In this document: piece by piece, positions 48,202 through 58,153 of the stretch
How positions within the stretch are numbered: the stretch's first letter is position 1
How the letters are laid out: the number at the start of each line of letters is the position of its first letter
Source: a plasmid
Reading direction: 5' to 3' (one strand)
DNA: 64,000 nucleotides
Sequence record: NZ_CP017041.1
Notes under the pieces: generated by a model
Database searches by the model: none
Told to the model about the DNA's origin: nothing
What the model saw: the letters and a program-made list of their open reading frames with translations, nothing else
Program-made: the position numbers and the translations under genes

Positions 48202-48500
48202 TCATCCGAATCCAGGGTGTAGTCGGGGTCTGAACCCGCCGGTCTCGAGCAGGGATCTGGCGATGTAGTTGGTCAGGTTGCGGAACCCCAGCGCCGAGCC
48301 GCGCAGGTGCTCGAGCCTGCCGTTGATCGCCTCGGTGGGCCCGTTGGAGGTGCTGGGCCGGTCGAAGTAGGCCAGCACGTCGGCGGCGCGCTTCTTCAGC
48401 GTCCTGCCGAGCTTGGTGATCTCGACCAGGGCCTTGGGGACGCCGGTGCTGATCGAGTCGATGAGCCGGGCCATCAGCTCGCGGCCGTGGCGCCGGTTCT
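48202..48500 (-). pseudogene. 3' fragment of an ISL3-family transposase
   Basis: ...TNGPTEAINGRLEHLRGSALGFRNLTNYIARSLLETGGF matches the ISL3 transposase C-terminus. The upstream part of ORF 48202..49266 is out-of-frame noise. Confidence 0.5.
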
Positions 48501-48690
48501 CGTGGCGGTAGGCGGCGATCATGGGCTGGTAGACGCTCCGTGACCTCGACCTGGGCGTCGTCGGCGAGCAGGGTGTCCAGTCGGTCCTTCTGCTTGTCGT
48601 TGAGCAGGTCGGCGCCGTTACCGCTGCCGCACCGACCAGACGCATGTCTACAGGGAATCCGCGCCCATCGACGACCTGGTCGAAGACCTC

Positions 48691-49140
48691 ATGGTCAAGG
48701 CCCTGCGCAAGGTCGAGATGAGGGCCCTGTTGGCACCCGCCGCGCCCGACGTCGATGCGGCCGCCATCCAGCGGGAGTTGGCCGACATCGACGCCAAGAG
48801 GATCCACTACGCCACAATGCTGGCCGACGACGAGATGGACGACGCTCAGTTCAAGGCCGCCAACAAGCGGCTCGCCGCGCGTCGCGCGGCGTTGGAGGAG
48901 CAACTGCCAGCCCCGGTCTCCCCGGTGGCCCAGCGCATTCTCGATGTGCCCCCGGAGACCGTGGCCAACGAGTGGGCCCTGCTCGACCAGGACGAGAAGC
49001 GGGCCCTGATCGACGCACTGTTCACTATCGAGCTGGCGGCCCCCGGCACCAAGGAGAACGCCTACAAGGACTGGCGGAAGAGGATCGTGAACCCCGAGAC
49101 GGTCATCGTGACGCCGAAGCAGCAGGGTAAGGTTGCTTAG
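48691..49140 (+). pseudogene. Probable C-terminal fragment of a large serine recombinase (coiled-coil region)
   Basis: Helical segment IQRELADIDAKRIHYATMLADDEMDDAQFKAANKRLAARRAALEEQL. Lacks an N-terminal catalytic domain. Confidence 0.3.
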
Positions 49141-49651
49141 GTGTTTCGCATCGACGGTCGAACAGCGACCAACCCTGCTTGGTGAGGCGATAGCACTTGC
49201 CAAAGACGTCGGCCAGCTCGACCAGGTCGCCACCCGCCGCGAACTCGGCCATGCCCCCGCCGACATGCTGGGTGAGGGTGCTGCGGCCCACCAGCTGCCA
49301 CGTCAGGGCGTGGGCGTCGCCGCTCATCAGCCGCCACAGCAGGCGCACGTCCAGAGCAGCGCTGGGGCTGAAGACCACTTCGGCGGCTGCCCCCACAACA
49401 GTGGTCACGTTCAGTGCCTGCTTCTTGGTCAGGCCCGCAGCATCGGCCCACCTCGACCTGGCCTCTGTCCGACGGTGTCGCATGTGCTCGCGGGAATCCA
49501 GCCAAGAGCCGGCCTCCGGGTGGGTGCGATCCACGTATGGCTCGAGATCATCGCCGTACTGCAGCGCCCGCTTGTAGAACTCGTCAACCACCCGCAAAGC
49601 CCGCTGCTGGCGATCCACTGGGACATCGGGCGCCAGCACCCAGACCGCCAT
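49103..49651 (-). CDS. Hypothetical protein
   Basis: ORF only. Confidence 0.25.
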   Translation of the reverse strand: MAVWVLAPDVPVDRQQRALRVVDEFYKRALQYGDDLEPYVDRTHPEAGSWLDSREHMRHRRTEARSRWADAAGLTKKQALNVTTVVGAAAEVVFSPSAALDVRLLWRLMSGDAHALTWQLVGRSTLTQHVGGGMAEFAAGGDLVELADVFGKCYRLTKQGWSLFDRRCETPKQPYPAASASR

Positions 49652-49821
49652 GGCTGTGTCAAGCTAATCCGGCCCCGGAATGACGGCCTCAATTGGCTCC
49701 ACCCCGTTACGTGCGGACAGGATCCGTTCGGGATCGGATAGCGGACACCTACCCGCCCGGTTTCGAAGCGAGCCAGCAGGCCCATGGCACGCGCGTGGGG
49801 TTGCGTGCCATGGGGTTGGTG

Positions 49822-50145
49822 TCAGTGCTGGGGCGGAAAGCGCCTCTTGACGACCCCGCGGGTGACGCCCTTCCAGTCGGTGTTGTCGGTGGCGATGGTG
49901 CCCCGTGTGGTGTCCCTGTAGCCGGCCTCGTCGATGTGGGTGGCCTGTCGCGTGGTGTAGTTCCACGGCGCGCTGCTGGCTTCGGAGGTTCGCGGGGCAG
50001 CCGCTTCGGGGGCGGGCTCTTGGCGCTCTGGCTGGACGGCCGACGCTTCGGCCTTGGGCTGGACGGCGGGCGCGGGGGTCTGCGGGGTGAACGGGCTGCT
50101 TCCTGTGTCGATGGTGTAGCCGTCGACGGAGGTGTAGTAGCGCAT
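49822..50145 (-). CDS. Hypothetical Pro/Ala-rich protein
   Basis: ORF only. Confidence 0.2.
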   Translation of the reverse strand: MRYYTSVDGYTIDTGSSPFTPQTPAPAVQPKAEASAVQPERQEPAPEAAAPRTSEASSAPWNYTTRQATHIDEAGYRDTTRGTIATDNTDWKGVTRGVVKRRFPPQH

Positions 50146-50286
50146 GGTTCCTTCTTGGGTTGATCGTTCTAGCGAATGGGTTGGGGTTGGACGTTCGCGG
50201 GGGCGGTCGCCCGGGGTCGTGTGGTTGGCCGGGTCACTGGGTGGGTGGTGTGGTGATGGGCGCTCCTGTGGGGGTGAGAAGGCTGG

Positions 50287-51378
50287 TCAGTGCTGGCTGT
50301 CGACGGGGTAGCGTTTGCGCAGCCAGAGGCTGATGTAGACGAGTCCGATGAGGGCCGGGACCTCGATCAGGGGGCCGACGACGCCGGCGAGGGCTTGGCC
50401 GGCGGTGACACCGAAGGTGGAGATGGCGACGGCGATGGCGAGTTCGAAGTTGTTGCCGGCGGCGGTGAAGGCGAGGGTGGTGGTGCGTTCGGAGCCCAGG
50501 TGCAGACTCCGTCCGAGCAGGTGGCCGATGCCCCACATGACCGCGAAGTAGACCAGGAGCGGCAGGGCGATGCGGACGACGTCGAGGGGGCGGCTGGTGA
50601 TCTGTTCGCCCTGCAGGGCGAACAGCACGACGATGGTGAACAGAAGCCCGTACAGCGCCCAGGGGCCGATCTTCGGCAGGAAGCTGTGCTCGTAGGTTTC
50701 GCGGCCCCAGGCGTTCTCGCCCAGGGTGCGGGTCAGGTATCCGGCGACCAGCGGGATGCCGAGGAAGATCAGGACGCTCTTGGCGATCTGCCAGGCGGAG
50801 ACGTTCAGGCTGGTCTGCTCGAGGCCGAGCCAGGAGGGCAGGGCGGACAGGTAGAACCAGCCGAGCGCGGCGAAGGCGACGACTTGGAAGATCGAGTTGA
50901 TCGCGACGAGCACGGCGGCCGCTTCGCGGTCACCGCAGGCCAGGTCGTTCCAGATGATGACCATGGCGATGCAGCGCGCGAGCCCGACGATGATCAGGCC
51001 GGTGCGGTAGGTGGGCAGGTCGGCGAGGAAGGTCCATGCCAGCGTGAACATCACCAAGGGACCGACGACCCAGTTCAGCAGCAGGCTGGAGACCAGCATG
51101 CGCCGGTCGTGGGTGACGGTCCCGAGCCGGTCGTATCGGACCTTGGCGAGCACCGGGTACATCATCACGAGCAGCCCGATGCTGATGGGCAGCGAGACGC
51201 CGTCCACCTCGACGGCGGCCAGCGCCGTGCCGATGCCGGGGACGACACGGCCCAGCAGGAGCCCGACGACCATGGCCGCGAGGATCCACACGGGCAGGTA
51301 GCGATCGAGCGTGGACAGCTGCTGCGCCACGGGCGTCCGGGTCGGTGTGGACGGTGGTTCGGTGGTGATTACGGCCAT
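50287..51378 (-). CDS. acr3: Arsenite efflux transporter ACR3
   Basis: Start at MAVITTEPP. ACR3 signature LPISIGLLVMMYPVLAKVRY. 10-TM topology. Confidence 0.85.
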   Translation of the reverse strand: MAVITTEPPSTPTRTPVAQQLSTLDRYLPVWILAAMVVGLLLGRVVPGIGTALAAVEVDGVSLPISIGLLVMMYPVLAKVRYDRLGTVTHDRRMLVSSLLLNWVVGPLVMFTLAWTFLADLPTYRTGLIIVGLARCIAMVIIWNDLACGDREAAAVLVAINSIFQVVAFAALGWFYLSALPSWLGLEQTSLNVSAWQIAKSVLIFLGIPLVAGYLTRTLGENAWGRETYEHSFLPKIGPWALYGLLFTIVVLFALQGEQITSRPLDVVRIALPLLVYFAVMWGIGHLLGRSLHLGSERTTTLAFTAAGNNFELAIAVAISTFGVTAGQALAGVVGPLIEVPALIGLVYISLWLRKRYPVDSQH

Positions 51379-51666
51379 GACTACCTCACATTGACGATCA
51401 TCGATATGAACGTCCTCATCATATAGAAAACCGTCAATATGACAAGTCACGGGGTGTTCGTCGTCGAGATTCAACCCTTTCGGGTGCGTCGGGGTGCGGC
51501 CGTGGAGCTAGGCCGGGTGGAGGTCACCTGTCATGGCGGGGGTGGGGATGGCTTGGCGGCGGCGTGCTGACGATTGGCCCGTCGGGGGTGTGGGCGGGTG
51601 GTGAGCGCGCGCTGAGGAGCGCCCCCGGGGTTCACGCTCGGCGGGGGCGCTCATTACTGCAAGGGG

Positions 51667-53061
51667 TCAGGGTTGGGTGCGAGTGCTCGCTGGCTGGTGC
51701 TGGGTCACCCATGCCTGCGCGGCGATCTGGATGGCGTCCCAGGGCGAGCCCAGCGGCGGTGTGTAGGCGAGGTCGAGGTCATTGATGTCGGCCACGTCCA
51801 TGCCGTGGAAGAGCGCGGTGGCGTAGGTGTCGACCCGCTTGGCGGTCTCGGTGGTCAGGTGCCCGACGAGCTGGGCACCTAGCAGCCTGCCGGTGGCGCG
51901 GTCGCCGGTGATGCGGATGGTGATGGGGTGGGATCCCGGGTAGTAGGCCTTGTGGTCGTCGGGCGCCGAGGTGGTGCTGGCGGGGTCGAACCCGGCGGCG
52001 ATGGCTTCGTGCTCCCGCAGCCCGGTGCGGGCTGCGACCAGGTCGAACACCTTGAGCACCTGGGTGCCGATGCTGCCCGCGAATCGGGCGTTGCCGCCCA
52101 GCGCGTTCTCGCCGGCGACCCGTCCCTGTTTGTGGGAGGTGGTGCCCAGTGGGAGGTAGGTGGTGCCGAGCAGGCGATGGTGGGTGGCCACGCAGTCGCC
52201 GGCGGCCCACACGTGTGGCAGGCCGGTGGCCATCGTCTCGTCGACGAGCACCGCACCGCGGGGCCCTGTCTGGGCTCCAGATCGGACGAGCAGGTCGGTC
52301 TCGGGGGTGACACCGACCACGACCAGAACGAGGTCCACATCCCACGACAGGGCTTCGCCGTCTCTGGCCTGACCGGTCACGTGCAGGCCGTCAGCACCCT
52401 TGGCTATGCCGGTGACGCTCGTACCGGTGTGGATATCGACCCCGTGCCGCACGAGTTCGGCATGGACGAGGGTACCGAGTTCGGGGTCGAGGGTGGACAG
52501 TACCTCGGGGGCGGCCTCGACCTGGGTGACGTGGATGCCGCGGGTGGTGAGGCCTTCGGCCATCTCCAGGCCGATGTAGCCGGCGCCGACAACCAAGGCG
52601 GTGCGCGGCTGCAGCTTCTCGAGGGAGTCGCCCAGGGCGAAGGTGTCGCCCATGGAGTGCAACAGGTGGACGCCGTCGGCGGCGCCGAGGGTGTCGAGTC
52701 CGGTGATCGGGGGACGCACGGGCCGGGCGCCGGTGCCGACCACCAGCGCGTCGTAGTCGACCAGGGCGGGGGTGTCGTCGGGTCCGATGGCCTCGAGCTG
52801 ACGGGCGTCGACGTCGATGCGGGTGGCGCGCGTGTCGAGCAGCAGGTGCAGGCCCGCGGCCTCCAGGTCGGCGCGGGTGCGGTGTGCCAGGTGGTGCCAG
52901 TCTCCGACCTCGCCGGAGATGTAGTAGGGGATCCCGCAGATGGAGAAGTTCGGGTAGGCGTCGGCCACCACGACGGTGACCTCGGTCGACGGGTCGAGTT
53001 CGCGGGCACGCAGCCCCGCGGAGATGCCGGCATCGCTGCCGCCGACGCACACAACGTGCAT
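51667..53061 (-). CDS. FAD-dependent pyridine nucleotide-disulfide oxidoreductase (CoA-disulfide reductase/NADH oxidase-like) in the ars locus
   Basis: GxGxxG VVCVGGSDAGISAG. Single redox Cys in SICGIPYY. Second NAD-binding motif VVGAGYIGLE. Confidence 0.75.
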   Translation of the reverse strand: MHVVCVGGSDAGISAGLRARELDPSTEVTVVVADAYPNFSICGIPYYISGEVGDWHHLAHRTRADLEAAGLHLLLDTRATRIDVDARQLEAIGPDDTPALVDYDALVVGTGARPVRPPITGLDTLGAADGVHLLHSMGDTFALGDSLEKLQPRTALVVGAGYIGLEMAEGLTTRGIHVTQVEAAPEVLSTLDPELGTLVHAELVRHGVDIHTGTSVTGIAKGADGLHVTGQARDGEALSWDVDLVLVVVGVTPETDLLVRSGAQTGPRGAVLVDETMATGLPHVWAAGDCVATHHRLLGTTYLPLGTTSHKQGRVAGENALGGNARFAGSIGTQVLKVFDLVAARTGLREHEAIAAGFDPASTTSAPDDHKAYYPGSHPITIRITGDRATGRLLGAQLVGHLTTETAKRVDTYATALFHGMDVADINDLDLAYTPPLGSPWDAIQIAAQAWVTQHQPASTRTQP

Positions 53062-53088
53062 GGGGATGTCCTTTCGGGTCGCCGGGCC

Positions 53089-53436
53089 TCAGCCCAGCAT
53101 GGCGAGGTACTCGTGCAACGCGGCCAGCCCTTCGGGTCGCGGGGTGAAGTGCGCCCACTTGCCGCGCATTTCCTTGTCCACCAGCCCGGCCTCGACCAGC
53201 TTCTTCAGGTGGTGTGACAGCGTCGGCTGGGTCACGCCGAACACCTCGGGCATGTGGCACGCGCACACGCTGGAGCACCGGCTGGCCGCGATGTGGTGCA
53301 GGATCCGCAGCCGCACCGGGTCAGCGAGCGCCTTCACGACGAGCGCAACCCGTTCCGCCTGCTCCATCGAGATCGTGCCACCACCCGGCGCGCAGGCCTC
53401 GGCGGCGGCCATCGGGGCTTCCAGCAGTTCGGTCAT
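53089..53436 (-). CDS. arsR: ArsR/SmtB-family metalloregulator
   Basis: HTH LADPVRLRILHHI. Metal-site Cys cluster SRCSSVCAC. Confidence 0.8.
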   Translation of the reverse strand: MTELLEAPMAAAEACAPGGGTISMEQAERVALVVKALADPVRLRILHHIAASRCSSVCACHMPEVFGVTQPTLSHHLKKLVEAGLVDKEMRGKWAHFTPRPEGLAALHEYLAMLG

Positions 53437-53548
53437 GCAGACATGCTACCCGCTCATATTGACACCTGTCGATATGTGTGCCACGCTCACTCATATCGAC
53501 GGTCATCAATGCGTGATGGTCGTCCTCCACCCGAGCCGGAGGTTTCCC

Positions 53549-53971
53549 ATGCCCGTCATCCGTGTCTTCGAACCTGCACTGTGTTGCAACACCGGGGTCT
53601 GCGGCCCCGACCTCGACCAGGAGCTGGTCGACTTCACCGCCGCGGTCAACGCCCTCAAGGCGCAGGGGGTGGACGTCCACCGCGCCAATCTGGCCAGCGA
53701 GCCGGCGCAGTTCGCGGAGCACCCCGTGGTCGTCAAGTTCCTGCAGGCCGCCGGCTCCGAGGGGCTACCCCTGACGCTGGTCGACGACGTCACCGTGCTG
53801 GCCGGCCGCCACCCGCGCCGCGACGAGCTGGAGCGCTACGCCGGCCTGAACCCGACGAAGGACGCCCAGCCCCAGGGCGGATGCTGCGGCCCGCAGCAGG
53901 AAGCCCCCGCCGCGTCCACTGGCTGCTGTGGGCAGCCCGCCACTACCAGCACCGTGTCCGGCTGCTGCTGA
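53549..53971 (+). CDS. arsD: ArsD arsenical metallochaperone/repressor
   Basis: MPVIRVFEPALCCNTGVCG with the vicinal Cys pair. Cys-rich C-terminus. Confidence 0.8.
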   Translation: MPVIRVFEPALCCNTGVCGPDLDQELVDFTAAVNALKAQGVDVHRANLASEPAQFAEHPVVVKFLQAAGSEGLPLTLVDDVTVLAGRHPRRDELERYAGLNPTKDAQPQGGCCGPQQEAPAASTGCCGQPATTSTVSGCC

Positions 53972-53993
53972 CCCCGACTCGAACTTTCAGGAG

Positions 53994-55757
53994 ATGGTGA
54001 TGACCCAGTTTCTCGACAACCCGCCCCGGCACTTTTTCTTCACTGGCAAGGGCGGTGTCGGCAAGACCAGCATCGCGTGCGCCACGGCCGTGCACCTCGC
54101 CCACCAGGGCAAGCGGGTGCTGCTGGTCAGCACCGACCCGGCGAGCAACATCGCCCAGGTGTTCGGTGCCACCATCGGCAACAAGATCACCCCAATTCCG
54201 CAGGTGCCCGGCCTCGACGCGCTGGAGATTGACCCCGACGAGGCCGCTGAGGCCTACCGCAACAAGATCCTGGAACCGGTGCGCGCGGTCCTGCCCATCA
54301 AGGAGATCGAGGCCATCACCGAGCAGCTGTCGGGCTCCTGCACCACCGAGATCGCCTCGTTCAACGAGTTCACCGACCTGCTCGCCGACACCCAGGCCAC
54401 CGCCGGCTACGACCACGTCATCTTCGACACCGCCCCCACCGGCCACACCATCCGCCTGCTGCAGCTGCCCGGCAGCTGGACCAGCTACCTTGACAACGGC
54501 AAGGGCGACGCGTCCTGTCTGGGGCCCATGAGCGGGCTCGAGAAGAACCGCGCCACCTACCGCGCCGCCGTCGAGGCCCTCACCGACCCCACCAGCACCC
54601 GCCTGGTGCTCGTCGCCCGGGCCCAGCAGTCCACGCTGCGCGAGGTCGCCCGCACCCTGGACGAGCTCGCCGAGCTCGACATCCACGCCACCAACCTGGT
54701 CGTCAACGGCGTCTTGCCCGCCGTGGCCGCCACCGACGACCTGTCCCGCGCCATCCACGACCGCGAACAGGCCGCGCTCGCTGCCATGCCTGCCGCCCTG
54801 GCAGCCCTGCCCCGCGACACGGTGAGCCTCAAGAGCGTCAACATGGTCGGCCTGGAGGCACTCGCCACCCTGTTCCACGACGAGGACGCCCCGCAGGCCG
54901 ACGCGCAGGACACCGGCGGGCAGGGCATCGGCCAGCAGCCGCACCTCGCCGGCCTGGTCGACCAGCTCGCCGAGGCCGACCATGGGCTCGTGATGACGAT
55001 GGGCAAGGGCGGTGTCGGCAAGACCACCGTCGCAGCCGCCATCGCCATCGCCCTGGTCCAGCGCGGCAAGAAGGTCCTGCTCACCACCACCGATCCCGCC
55101 GCGCACCTGTCGACCACCCTCGGCAACGACGTCGACGGGCTCGAGGTCAGCGCCATCGACCCTGAGAAGGCCATCCAGGAGTACCGCGACCACGTCATGG
55201 CCTCCAAGGGCGCCAAGCTCGACGACGCCGGCCGCGCCGCCCTCGCCGAGGACCTCATGAGCCCCTGCACCGAGGAGATCGCCGTCTTCCAGCAGTTCAG
55301 CCGCGCCGTGAACAAGGCCCGCGACCAGTTCGTCATCATGGACACCGCCCCCACCGGCCACACCCTGCTCCTGATGGACGCCACCGGTTCCTACCACCGC
55401 GACATCACCCGCCACCTCGACGACGACCAGCGCGGCCACGTCACCACCCCGCTGATGCGGCTCCAAGACCCCGACCACACCAAGATCATCGTGGTCACCC
55501 TGCCCGAGACCACCCCCGTCACCGAGGCGCAGGCCCTGGCCAGCGACCTGGAACGCGCCAACATCCACCCGTGGGCGTGGGTCGTGAACAACTCCCTCGC
55601 GGCAGCCCACCCCACCAGCCCACTGCTCGCCACCCGCGCACGCTCCGAGCAACAGCAGCTGGACGCGGTGGCCGCCACCACCAACCGCATGGCCGTCATC
55701 CCCACCCAGACCCGCGAACCCGTCGGCACGCAACAGCTCACCGCTCTCAGCAACTGA
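53994..55757 (+). CDS. arsA: ArsA arsenite-stimulated ATPase (two homologous halves)
   Basis: Two P-loops FTGKGGVGKTS and TMGKGGVGKTT. DTAPTGH motifs in both halves. Confidence 0.9.
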   Translation: MVMTQFLDNPPRHFFFTGKGGVGKTSIACATAVHLAHQGKRVLLVSTDPASNIAQVFGATIGNKITPIPQVPGLDALEIDPDEAAEAYRNKILEPVRAVLPIKEIEAITEQLSGSCTTEIASFNEFTDLLADTQATAGYDHVIFDTAPTGHTIRLLQLPGSWTSYLDNGKGDASCLGPMSGLEKNRATYRAAVEALTDPTSTRLVLVARAQQSTLREVARTLDELAELDIHATNLVVNGVLPAVAATDDLSRAIHDREQAALAAMPAALAALPRDTVSLKSVNMVGLEALATLFHDEDAPQADAQDTGGQGIGQQPHLAGLVDQLAEADHGLVMTMGKGGVGKTTVAAAIAIALVQRGKKVLLTTTDPAAHLSTTLGNDVDGLEVSAIDPEKAIQEYRDHVMASKGAKLDDAGRAALAEDLMSPCTEEIAVFQQFSRAVNKARDQFVIMDTAPTGHTLLLMDATGSYHRDITRHLDDDQRGHVTTPLMRLQDPDHTKIIVVTLPETTPVTEAQALASDLERANIHPWAWVVNNSLAAAHPTSPLLATRARSEQQQLDAVAATTNRMAVIPTQTREPVGTQQLTALSN

Positions 55758-55775
55758 CTCAGGGAGTGACGCCTA

Positions 55776-55806
55776 CCCGCCGGACCCAACTGGTGGATCC
55801 GGCGGT
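55776..55806 (+). terminator. Stem-loop downstream of arsA
   Basis: ccgccggacccaactggtggatccggcgg inverted repeat. Confidence 0.3.
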
Positions 55807-55830
55807 AGGCGACTGCCTATTTGCAGTGTG

Positions 55831-56616
55831 TCACCCGGCCTGTCGGGCTCGGGTGTGGGCGAGGCGGTAGGAGTTGGTGCCGGTTTCGATGATGGTGGCG
55901 TTGTAGGTGAGGCGGTCGACGATCGCGGCGCACAGGCGGGGGTCGGTGAAGGTGTCGGTCCAGGCGGAGAAGGACTGGTTGGAGGCGATCGCGATGGCGT
56001 TCTTCTCCTCGCGTTCGGCGCCTCGCCGGTCGAGTTCCATGTAGCCGAGCTCGTCAATGACGAGGAGGTCGACGCGGCCGTAGCGGTTGATGGTCTTGGT
56101 GAGTTGTTTCTCGTCGGCGGCTTCGACGAGCTCGTTCACGAGCCGGGTGGCGAGGGTGTATCGGACGCGGTAGCCCTGTTCGGCGGCGGCGGTGCCGAGT
56201 GCGATGAGCAGGTGGGATTTGCCGGTGCCGGAGTCCCCGATCAGGCACAGGGGGTCGCCGCGGCGGATCCAGTCGCCGGTGGCGAGCTCGTTGATGGTGG
56301 CGGGGTTGATGCTGGGGTTCGCGGTGAAGTCGAAGTCGGCGAGCCATTTCTCGCGGGGGAAGCCGGCGCTCTTGATGCGACGCAGGGTGGAGCGGCGGTC
56401 GCGGTCGTCGACCTCGGCCAGGAGGAGTTCGGCGAGGAAGCCTTGGTAGGTGAGTTGTTCCTTGGTGGCGGCCGTCACGGCGTCGTCGACGACGGCGCGG
56501 ATGGTGGGCAGCCGCAGCCGGCGGCAGGCCTGGTCGATCGCGGCCTGCGCGGCTTGTTCGGTCAGGCCCTGACGCCGGCGAAGGCTCGCGGGGCGGCTGG
56601 TGCTGGTGGTGGTCAT
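55831..56616 (-). CDS. istB: IS21-family helper ATPase IstB
   Basis: Walker A LIGDSGTGKSHL. Walker B LLVIDELGY. Confidence 0.8.
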   Translation of the reverse strand: MTTTSTSRPASLRRRQGLTEQAAQAAIDQACRRLRLPTIRAVVDDAVTAATKEQLTYQGFLAELLLAEVDDRDRRSTLRRIKSAGFPREKWLADFDFTANPSINPATINELATGDWIRRGDPLCLIGDSGTGKSHLLIALGTAAAEQGYRVRYTLATRLVNELVEAADEKQLTKTINRYGRVDLLVIDELGYMELDRRGAEREEKNAIAIASNQSFSAWTDTFTDPRLCAAIVDRLTYNATIIETGTNSYRLAHTRARQAG

Positions 56617-57005
56617 GGGGTTCCTGTCGGGGTGTGGTGGTGAGTCTCGGCGGGGGCCGGGGCGGGATCGGGTTGGCGTCGACGCAGGAGTTCGTCGTAG
56701 GCGGTGACGGTGGGCAGGGGCCGGGTGTCCTCGGGCAGGTGCGCGATGACCTGGTGCGGGTTGGTGGGGCGTCGGGGTGGCAGGTTCACGACCGTCCCGC
56801 CCCTGGTCGGGCTGGCTGGGGCGGGTGTGTGGGTGGTGGCATGGCGGCGGGCTTCGACGGCGACGGCGTCGGGGCTGATCGCGCCCACCGACAGGGCCGA
56901 GGTGATGCCGGCGATCACCGCGTCGGACGGGAGGGATCGGTCGATCTCGTCACAGGCTTCCAGCAGTGCTTGAGAGCCGCCGATCGCTGTCCACAAGTGT
57001 TTCAC
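56613..57005 (-). pseudogene. istA: 3' fragment of IS21-family transposase IstA
   Basis: Overlaps the istB start. Ends ...LPTVTAYDELLRRR typical of the IstA C-terminus. No N-terminal DDE/HTH part. Confidence 0.45.
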
Positions 57006-57115
57006 AATCCCTGTCCGAATCGGAAGTTGTCACGAGATCTCGCGCATGACCATCTCGGACACCGCGGCGCAGCCGCGACGGGGAGGAGGGCGATCGCATA
57101 CTCAGGAGGATTCCC

Positions 57116-57454
57116 ATGGCTTACCCGTACACCCTCACTCCCGTCGCCCGAGGCGTCCAGCTGCGCCTGCCCCACGTGACCTTGGCCGGCGACCTGGCCT
57201 ACGACCCCGCCTCGAGCGCGCTGGTTCTGATCCACGATGACGGTGAACACCACGTGCTCTCCACCGTCCTGCTCGCCTACGGCTACATGCCCTTCTTCGG
57301 CGAGACGTTCATCAAGGACTGGACGGAACACTCCGGTCTCACCGACACCCTGGTCATGGCCGGCGTGGTTACCGTCGTCGAGCGGCTGACCGTCGGCCCT
57401 TTCAACTCCACGGCCTACCGGGTCCGCGCGCGGCCTCGGTGGCGTCTGCGATGA
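57116..57454 (+). CDS. Hypothetical protein
   Basis: ORF only. Confidence 0.2.
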   Translation: MAYPYTLTPVARGVQLRLPHVTLAGDLAYDPASSALVLIHDDGEHHVLSTVLLAYGYMPFFGETFIKDWTEHSGLTDTLVMAGVVTVVERLTVGPFNSTAYRVRARPRWRLR

Positions 57455-57623
57455 CGACGCGCTTCGGGATCGGCGGGCTGAGCACGCTCAGCCCTCGGGA
57501 CTCGGCGGCCTGGTGCAGCTCGTCCAGCCAGGTCTTTCCGCTGACGGTGTTCTCCTCGTGCTCTTTATCCCGACGACAGTCAGTGTGTGGGGGATGATAC
57601 TTCGCCGTTCAGCTCGCTACTAC

Positions 57624-57929
57624 ATGAGCCCTGAAAGAAATGCTGTTCTCGCGATAGTGGCGAAGCGCGGAGCATGGCACATTGCGGATCACGTAGCCGC
57701 CGAGCCTAGTCATGACCAGGGGAAGGCTCTCCGCGAACGACTGATCGGCCCGCTAACTATCGCCGCCGACAGAGCTGGTGTCGAGATTCGCACGGTGGCA
57801 GCGAATCAGAAGCTCGCAGATCAGTACGTGGCCGAAGTGCAAGGTTTGGTCGATGTAGGGCCCGGAATGCCGCGAGGCCGGAAGCTACAACGCCCGCCCG
57901 CTCAGGATGCGCGCACGAATCTGCAATGA
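57624..57929 (+). CDS. Hypothetical protein
   Basis: Internal Met MSPERNAV of ORF 57513..57929. Confidence 0.2.
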   Translation: MSPERNAVLAIVAKRGAWHIADHVAAEPSHDQGKALRERLIGPLTIAADRAGVEIRTVAANQKLADQYVAEVQGLVDVGPGMPRGRKLQRPPAQDARTNLQ

Positions 57930-58153
57930 AGCCGACACGCTGCATGAGACAACCCGTTCCGCTAACGGTCGTTTATGGGCCGATGGTCGACGAGGGTCGA
58001 CGGTGTGGCTTCGTTCGCTTGGTGGCGGGGTTTTTGCAGCGCTCCGTGGCGGTCTTGTTGCCGCGATCACGCAGGACTGGCTGCAGGTAGGTGTCGCGGT
58101 CTGAACCGAGAGGGGTGCGCCCGGTCGGGGCCGTTTGGATCGCTGCCGCTACG

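Noticed and set aside
48202-49266. 354-aa minus-strand ORF
   Set aside because: Only the last ~95 codons resemble an ISL3 transposase. The remainder is low-complexity read-through, so it is called as a fragment only.
51928-53217. 429-aa plus-strand ORF and several others antisense to the flavoprotein/arsR genes
   Set aside because: Gly/Val/Asp-rich mirror-frame artifacts. The minus-strand genes have clear family motifs.
53943-55733. 596-aa minus-strand ORF antisense to arsA
   Set aside because: Mirror frame of arsA. Low-complexity Gly/Ala/Val/Asp translation.
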